Below are positions 58,632-64,000 of a DNA stretch of 64,000 bases, piece after piece. The stretch's first letter is position 1. Each line of letters begins with the position of its first letter. The DNA is from Clostridia bacterium. GTDB lineage: Bacteria > Bacillota > Clostridia > Oscillospirales > CAG-272. The notes below the pieces were generated by a model. It was not told where the DNA came from and searched no databases. It saw only the letters and a list, made by a program, of their open reading frames with translations. The position numbers and the translations under genes were made by a program. The stretch covers positions 5,013 to 69,012 of the forward strand of contig JAFQOG010000032.1 of the NCBI GenBank assembly GCA_017420755.1, given 5' to 3'.

Positions 58632-59876
58632 ATGAAAAAATACGATGTTGCCGTTATAGGTGGTGGCTTTGCTGGTGTCTCAGCAGCTATCGCGGCAAAA
58701 AGGATGGGCGCAAGCGTTTTGCTCATTGAAAAAGGGAACAGCCTTGGTGGAGCAGCGGTGAAATGCCTTGTAAATCCGTTTATGCCATTTACAACCAAAA
58801 TAAATGGGAAAGAAACAAAGCTTTGTGGTGGAATTTTTGACGAAATTTGCCAAAGGCTTGAAAAGAACAGCGCTTTAAAATACCTCTCGTTTTTAGAGGA
58901 GGAGCTAAAATTTATTTTGAACGATATGGCGCAAGGCGAAGGCGTTGACCTTCTTTTTCATTCCTATATTTTCAAGGCGGAAAGAGAAGGGGAAAGGATA
59001 GAATCTATTTCCTTGGCGACCAAAAGCGGAGAAACAAAAATAGAGGCTGACTACTTTATTGATGCAACGGGAGATGCACAGGTGGCATATCTTTCCGGAT
59101 GCCCATTTGTCCTTGGCAGAGAAAAGGATGGCCTTTGTCAACCGATGACCCTTTGCTTTAGACTTGGCAATGTGGATACCGATGCGTTTATGTCAAGCCT
59201 TGAAAGCCTGCAAACAGAATATAAAAGGGCGCGCCAAAGAAACGAAATTAAAAACCCACGCGAAAACATTCTTGTTTTTAAAACGCCAGTTGAAAATGTG
59301 CTTCATTTCAACACAACAAGGGTTATTAAGCTAAATCCGACGGACGCAGAAGACGTAACAAGTGCAGAGCTTATAGCAAGAGAGCAGGTTAAAGAGCTAT
59401 ATGAATTTATGAAAAAGCACGCAAAGGGCTTGGAAAACAGCTTCCTTATGATGACTGCTCAAGAAATAGGTGTAAGGGAAAGCCGTATGATTATAGGCGA
59501 CTATAAGCTGACCGAAAATGACTGCCGAGCGTTTGCAAAATTTGATGACGGAATTGCCGCGTGTAATTATGATATTGATATTCACAACCCAGAGGGAAGT
59601 GGAACAAGTCACTATTATTTCCCTGAAGGAAAATACTATGAGATTCCATATCGCTCATTGATTCCGCAAGGGGTAAATAATATGCTTGTAGCGGGAAGAT
59701 GCATTTCCTCCGACCACGCGTCGCAAGCATCCTACCGAATAATGCCAACCGTCAGCACAATAGGTGAGGCGGCAGGAACGGCAATTGGCTTGGCTGTCAA
59801 GGGAAAAACCGACACCCGAGGGATTGATATTAAGGAGCTACAAAAAATACTAAAAAGCAACGCACCAAAATCTTAA
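58632..59876 (+). CDS. FAD-dependent oxidoreductase
   Basis: Rossmann motif DVAVIGGGFAGVSAAIAA. Confidence 0.75.
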   Translation: MKKYDVAVIGGGFAGVSAAIAAKRMGASVLLIEKGNSLGGAAVKCLVNPFMPFTTKINGKETKLCGGIFDEICQRLEKNSALKYLSFLEEELKFILNDMAQGEGVDLLFHSYIFKAEREGERIESISLATKSGETKIEADYFIDATGDAQVAYLSGCPFVLGREKDGLCQPMTLCFRLGNVDTDAFMSSLESLQTEYKRARQRNEIKNPRENILVFKTPVENVLHFNTTRVIKLNPTDAEDVTSAELIAREQVKELYEFMKKHAKGLENSFLMMTAQEIGVRESRMIIGDYKLTENDCRAFAKFDDGIAACNYDIDIHNPEGSGTSHYYFPEGKYYEIPYRSLIPQGVNNMLVAGRCISSDHASQASYRIMPTVSTIGEAAGTAIGLAVKGKTDTRGIDIKELQKILKSNAPKS

Positions 59877-59894
59877 GTATAAAGAGGGAAGTTT

Positions 59895-60218
59895 ATGGAA
59901 AAATACGCATGGAAGGGCAAAATTGTTGATGGCGCCCTTGACGAATATATTAAAAGGCACGACGCTATTTGGGACGAAATGAAAGAGGTTTTAGAAAGCG
60001 CCGGCATTGTTAATTACACAATTTGGAATGTAGGCAATGAGCTTTTTGGCTATTACGAGTGCGAAAAGGGAATTGAATATGCTGCCAAGGTGCAGAAGGA
60101 AAGCCCAGTGGTTGACCGATGGAACGAATATATGAAGGATATTTTAATAATGGAAACTGACCCAAAAACTGGTGCTCAGCCATTGCTTACAAAGGTTTTC
60201 TCGTTTAGAGAAAATTGA
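59895..60218 (+). CDS. rhaM: L-rhamnose mutarotase
   Basis: ...YIKRHDAIWDEMKEVLESAGIVNYTIW.... Confidence 0.8.
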   Translation: MEKYAWKGKIVDGALDEYIKRHDAIWDEMKEVLESAGIVNYTIWNVGNELFGYYECEKGIEYAAKVQKESPVVDRWNEYMKDILIMETDPKTGAQPLLTKVFSFREN

Positions 60219-60247
60219 TTGACATTTTATAGCTACCTTGCTATAAT
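60219..60247 (+). promoter_or_regulatory. sigma70-type promoter
   Basis: TTGACA, 17-nt spacer, TATAAT. Confidence 0.6.
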
Positions 60248-60280
60248 GTTAATATATAAAATATATTAAACGGAGGCACT

Positions 60281-60964
60281 ATGGACCGTTTTATTGAATT
60301 TTTGAATTCATATGTTGTTGACCTTAGCTGGGTATCAATTATTTTAAGAATAATCCTTGCTGTTATCGTCGGTGGACTTATCGGAAGCGAAAGAGGCAGA
60401 AGCGGACGTCCGGCAGGACTGCGCACACATATTTTGGTTTGTCTTGGCTCGGCAATGACAGCGCTAATCAGTGTTTATATTGCAAAAATGGGTGGCTTTG
60501 ATGATATAGCAAGAATACCGGCACAGGTTATCTCTGGTATTGGCTTCCTCGGTGCCGGAATGATTATTGTTAAGAAAAACAGTGTAATAACAGGCTTAAC
60601 CACCGCAGCCGGTATGTGGGCAACTGCAACAATCGGTATTGCAATCGGCTATGGATTTTATCTTGGCGCGCTTGTTGCAATGGGCGCATTAATCTTCACA
60701 GCATCGGTTCTTACAATACTTGAGCGCAAGAGTAAGAAATCAGTTCACATATATGCAGAAATATCAAGGGTGGAGGAATCCGGCAGAATTACCGAGGAGG
60801 TAAGGGAAGTGCTCGGCCACGAGGCGCATGTTGAGGTTTCCTCGGCAAGAAGTGGTATAGTTGGCAATCTTGGCTTATATATCACCACGACCACACAAAG
60901 CGCAGAGAACACTCGCCAAGAAATAGAAAAGTTAGAGGGCATTTCATTTGCAATAAGAGAATAA
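60281..60964 (+). CDS. MgtC/SapB family membrane protein
   Basis: ...GGLIGSERGRSGRPAGLRTHILVCLG...TAAGMWATA.... Confidence 0.85.
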   Translation: MDRFIEFLNSYVVDLSWVSIILRIILAVIVGGLIGSERGRSGRPAGLRTHILVCLGSAMTALISVYIAKMGGFDDIARIPAQVISGIGFLGAGMIIVKKNSVITGLTTAAGMWATATIGIAIGYGFYLGALVAMGALIFTASVLTILERKSKKSVHIYAEISRVEESGRITEEVREVLGHEAHVEVSSARSGIVGNLGLYITTTTQSAENTRQEIEKLEGISFAIRE

Positions 60965-60990
60965 AAAAGCACCCAACCGGGTGCTTTTTT
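60959..60990 (+). repeat. 32-bp direct repeat (stop codon plus terminator), copy 1
   Basis: GAATAAAAAAGCACCCAACCGGGTGCTTTTTT, identical to 61577-61608. The hairpin GCACCC-aacc-GGGTGC followed by T6 is a terminator. Confidence 0.8.
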
Positions 60991-61057
60991 CACACTTGAA
61001 AGCATAAACACTTTGTGTTATAATTAAATTGAAATAAGCAAAGAAGGGGAGAAGAGT

Positions 61058-61582
61058 ATGAACGATAGACCAAAGGTTAACTGGCGTGGCGGACTTCTTT
61101 ATTTTCTTTTTATTGAAATAGAGGTTTTACTTGTTGCATTTTTCCTTGGCTTTGCAATTTATCCTATAAGAATGGCTGTTGATGAGGGCGCTTTGCGCAC
61201 GCTTTTAGAAATAGTTGTCTTTATGGCTCTTGAGCTGGTAATTAGATTTTTCGTTTTCTATAACTTGTTTAAAAATAACAGAAGATTAGATTTTGGTTAT
61301 TTCGCACAGGGCTATGCTATTACCTTCGGAATAAGACTTATTTTCTCGCTTATTACCAGCTTTGCTGCATTTTCGGCAGGAATGGCGGTTTTGGAAATCG
61401 GTGTAACATTTGCGCAGGAATTAATAAATCCTGAGATAAAAACAATGCAAGAGGTTCCAAAGCTTTTATATATAGTAGTTTTTACAGCCTTTGAGGGCAT
61501 TTCCTTGCTCATAGCATACCTTGGCTTTAGGCTTAGCGAAAGCAAAAGAGAAAAGGAAAGAAAAGAGCTTATAGGCGAATAA
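61058..61582 (+). CDS. membrane protein of unknown function
   Basis: Four or more hydrophobic segments. GGGGAG RBS. Confidence 0.5.
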   Translation: MNDRPKVNWRGGLLYFLFIEIEVLLVAFFLGFAIYPIRMAVDEGALRTLLEIVVFMALELVIRFFVFYNLFKNNRRLDFGYFAQGYAITFGIRLIFSLITSFAAFSAGMAVLEIGVTFAQELINPEIKTMQEVPKLLYIVVFTAFEGISLLIAYLGFRLSESKREKERKELIGE

Positions 61583-61608
61583 AAAAGCACCCAACCGGGT
61601 GCTTTTTT
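61577..61608 (+). repeat. 32-bp direct repeat (stop codon plus terminator), copy 2
   Basis: Identical to 60959-60990. Confidence 0.8.
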
Positions 61609-61610
61609 GT

Positions 61611-62000
61611 TTAGTTGTAAATATAATCGTGCGTTTCAAAATAATACCAGTTATTTTCTATTTTCTTAACAAAGGACCAGTCACTCTCGTCACTCGCCTC
61701 GCCAAAATAGTAGCCACCGTCGCCCTCGGTATAGGTCTTTGGCAAGCTCATTTTGTCTTGTTCGCAAGGGAGAATTACACCCTCTTTTGAATAGTAATAG
61801 CCGTAATATGTATTTTCGTTTGTGTCATTAACCGCATCGTAGAAGAAGTATTCTATCTCACTTGAAGGAGAAAGGGAGCTTTTGTGCTCAGCTACGTAAT
61901 TAGAAACCTCCTCGTAGTAGCTTTTAGAGAAGGAAGCACTACAACCAACCAGCATTAAAACAAATGTTATTAGAACAAAAAATGCAATAATTTTTTTCAT
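61611..62000 (-). CDS. lipoprotein of unknown function
   Basis: Lipobox LMLVGC. Confidence 0.5.
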   Translation of the reverse strand: MKKIIAFFVLITFVLMLVGCSASFSKSYYEEVSNYVAEHKSSLSPSSEIEYFFYDAVNDTNENTYYGYYYSKEGVILPCEQDKMSLPKTYTEGDGGYYFGEASDESDWSFVKKIENNWYYFETHDYIYN

Positions 62001-62011
62001 TTTATCACCTT

Positions 62012-62731
62012 TTATTCAAGTATATTTGAGGTAATATAGTCAATGCCCCACTCGGCAAATTTTTCGCCCTCTTCCTTTGTGTCAACTGTCCAACAGTTTA
62101 CAGTTAACCCTGCCGCGTGACATTTTTCAATTTGCTCCTTGGTAAGCTCACGGCACCAAACGTCAACATCGATTTTATCACGGACTAAACGCGCAATTTC
62201 CTCGTCGGTTACCTTCCAAAAGAGATATTGTGCGCTTTGGTTTGGCAAGATAGCCTTTATCTTTTGCAAATTCTCGTAAATAAATGAAATAAACGTTGTA
62301 TTTTCAAGGTAATCATAGCTTTTTACTATCTCGATTATTTTTGCAATTTCTTCCTCGGTAAAATCGGACTTTAATTCCAAAATTGCGTGCTTTTCGTACT
62401 TTTTAACTATTTTTATGTAGTTTTCAAGACGGCTTGGACGAAGGTCAACCCTATCCTTTTTTCCGTCCTTATCAAAGAAAACAACGTTTTGAAGCATACC
62501 AAGTGAACTCTTTTCAAGATAGATTTCCTCGCCTGCTATTCTTTTATAGTTGTCGTCGTGACCGATAACGAATTTGCCGTCGGCTGTTTTATAAACGTCA
62601 GTTTCTATTCCATAATATGAGCGATTACCGGCGGCAACAAATGCTGAGTTTGTGTTTTCCACCTCAATGCCTGAAAGTCCTCTGTGTGCAATAACTTGTG
62701 TGTTTCTTTTGTTAAATTTAATAGTATTCAT
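62012..62731 (-). CDS. glycerophosphodiester phosphodiesterase family protein
   Basis: VIAHRGLSG...ENT...GIETDV.... Confidence 0.8.
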   Translation of the reverse strand: MNTIKFNKRNTQVIAHRGLSGIEVENTNSAFVAAGNRSYYGIETDVYKTADGKFVIGHDDNYKRIAGEEIYLEKSSLGMLQNVVFFDKDGKKDRVDLRPSRLENYIKIVKKYEKHAILELKSDFTEEEIAKIIEIVKSYDYLENTTFISFIYENLQKIKAILPNQSAQYLFWKVTDEEIARLVRDKIDVDVWCRELTKEQIEKCHAAGLTVNCWTVDTKEEGEKFAEWGIDYITSNILE

Positions 62732-62871
62732 TTTTCCCTCCCAAAGGTATTAAATTTATTTTATCATACAGTGGAAATATTGTCAAGAAATGTAAGATCA
62801 TCTTGTAATATATATTGAAATTATGATGCAAAGCTGGTATTATAAATGTATAAAGCAATAAGGAGAAGCCA

Positions 62872-63573
62872 ATGAAAATAATGACCTTTAACACCCAGCA
62901 TTGCCTAAATTTTTTGGAAAAGAAAATTGATTATCAAATTATGGCAGACTTAATTTCAGGTGAAGGCGCTGATATTTGCGGCCTTAACGAAATGTACTCT
63001 AATCGCATAGAGGGAGATGACTTACCAAACCAAACAAAGATTCTTTCTGAGCTTTCGGGACTTACAAATTATTATTTTGCAAAGGCTATATGCCTTGACG
63101 GTGAGGGCTCGTATGGAAATGGATTTATCTCAAAAATTCCAATTTTATCGGCAGAAACAATTATTATTCCCGACCCGAATCCAAGAAAATATAACGGCTA
63201 TTACGAAACAAGATGTCTTTTAAAGGCAAAGCTTGCGGGCGGAATCACCGTGCTTGTTTGCCACTTTGGTTTAAACCCTGACGAGGAGGAAAATGCGGTA
63301 AAGACAATTCTTGAAAATTTAGAAGACGAGAAATGTATTTTAATGGGAGATTTTAACGTAACCCCCGATAATCCCGTATTAAACCCTATAAAAGAGAGGA
63401 TGAAGGATGCGGCAGAGAGCTTTTGCCAAAGCTCCCCAACTTTCCCAAGCGACAAGCCGGAAATTAAGATAGATTATATTTTTGTTTCAAAGGATATAGA
63501 CGTAAAATTTGCCGAAATTCCCGAAAAAATCGCCTCTGACCACAGGGTGCATACGGCAGTTATTGATTTATAA
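62872..63573 (+). CDS. endonuclease/exonuclease/phosphatase family protein
   Basis: MKIMTFNTQHC...GDFN...SDHRVH. Confidence 0.75.
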   Translation: MKIMTFNTQHCLNFLEKKIDYQIMADLISGEGADICGLNEMYSNRIEGDDLPNQTKILSELSGLTNYYFAKAICLDGEGSYGNGFISKIPILSAETIIIPDPNPRKYNGYYETRCLLKAKLAGGITVLVCHFGLNPDEEENAVKTILENLEDEKCILMGDFNVTPDNPVLNPIKERMKDAAESFCQSSPTFPSDKPEIKIDYIFVSKDIDVKFAEIPEKIASDHRVHTAVIDL

Positions 63574-63605
63574 AAAGAAAACCACGGAAAAATCCGTGGT
63601 TTTTA

Positions 63606-64000
63606 TTATTCATCAAGTAAAGCCTTCTTTTTTGCGCGCAAATGGCGAACAAGGAAATAAATTCCATAAAATATCGCCATGTATAGAACAAAAAGCAGCA
63701 TAACAACAATAGGATATAGAACCTTGTTGCCACCAACCATAGCGGTCACTATTGTATATGGGGTTCCGTCATCTGCCATTAAGAACATATAGTTTGGTGA
63801 ATCATCGAAAATATTTCCACCATAAGAAAGCCCACATATTACATTAACGATATACGCTAAGACTCCAAAAACACCTAAAATAGCATGGCTAATCCAAGCA
63901 TTTTTCTTTTTCACGCTTGCCATACCTGAAATTATTATGTAAAGAGAGGTAAAGCCGGAGATTGAGTGTGTAATCGCAGAAACAATGTTGTGGAAGCAAA
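63606..64000 (-). CDS. membrane protein, possibly truncated by the window edge
   Basis: The track gives 63606..63923. My reading shows the frame stays open, with hydrophobic residues, up to position 63998, so the true start may lie outside the window. Confidence 0.4.
   Translation of the reverse strand, partial: CFHNIVSAITHSISGFTSLYIIISGMASVKKKNAWISHAILGVFGVLAYIVNVICGLSYGGNIFDDSPNYMFLMADDGTPYTIVTAMVGGNKVLYPIVVMLLFVLYMAIFYGIYFLVRHLRAKKKALLDE

Overview
Chromosomal segment of a low-to-mid GC Firmicutes genome, Clostridia-like by gene content and RBS/promoter style. Most of it is conserved housekeeping of the kind found near the replication origin. This includes a noc-like ParB paralogue plus parA/parB with a dense parS array, mfd-pth, gdpP-rplI-dnaB and rpmH-rnpA-yidD-yidC-jag. 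No dnaA, mnmE/mnmG/rsmG or DnaA-box cluster is present. Interspersed are metabolism and transport genes: ACT/UPF0210, metY-metA, ygiQ, mgsA, rny, GH78-like and GH127 glycosidases, copA, a DtxR-type regulator, feoAB, split chromate transporters, two ABC systems, rhaM and mgtC. There are three tRNAs (Tyr and Thr on the minus strand, Gln on the plus strand). Four accessory regions stand out. (1) At 54.2-57.6 kb an AT-rich, integrase-less islet lies at the 3' end of tRNA-Gln, bounded by a perfect 78-bp direct repeat. It carries a three-gene cassette: ABC/SMC-type ATPase, minimal TOPRIM protein, and GIY-YIG/DUF4357-like nuclease. This is my best candidate for an anti-phage defence system. (2) At 6.3-11.8 kb a phage-derived head-only module (large terminase, portal, scaffold, major capsid) has no tail, lysis or integrase genes and abuts the par locus. 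(3) Five consensus parS sites are packed into about 590 bp between the two ParB-family genes. (4) A structured repeat family with covarying hairpins occurs only downstream of the tRNA loci. All calls rest on motif reading of the supplied translations and the DNA. No database or HMM search could be run.
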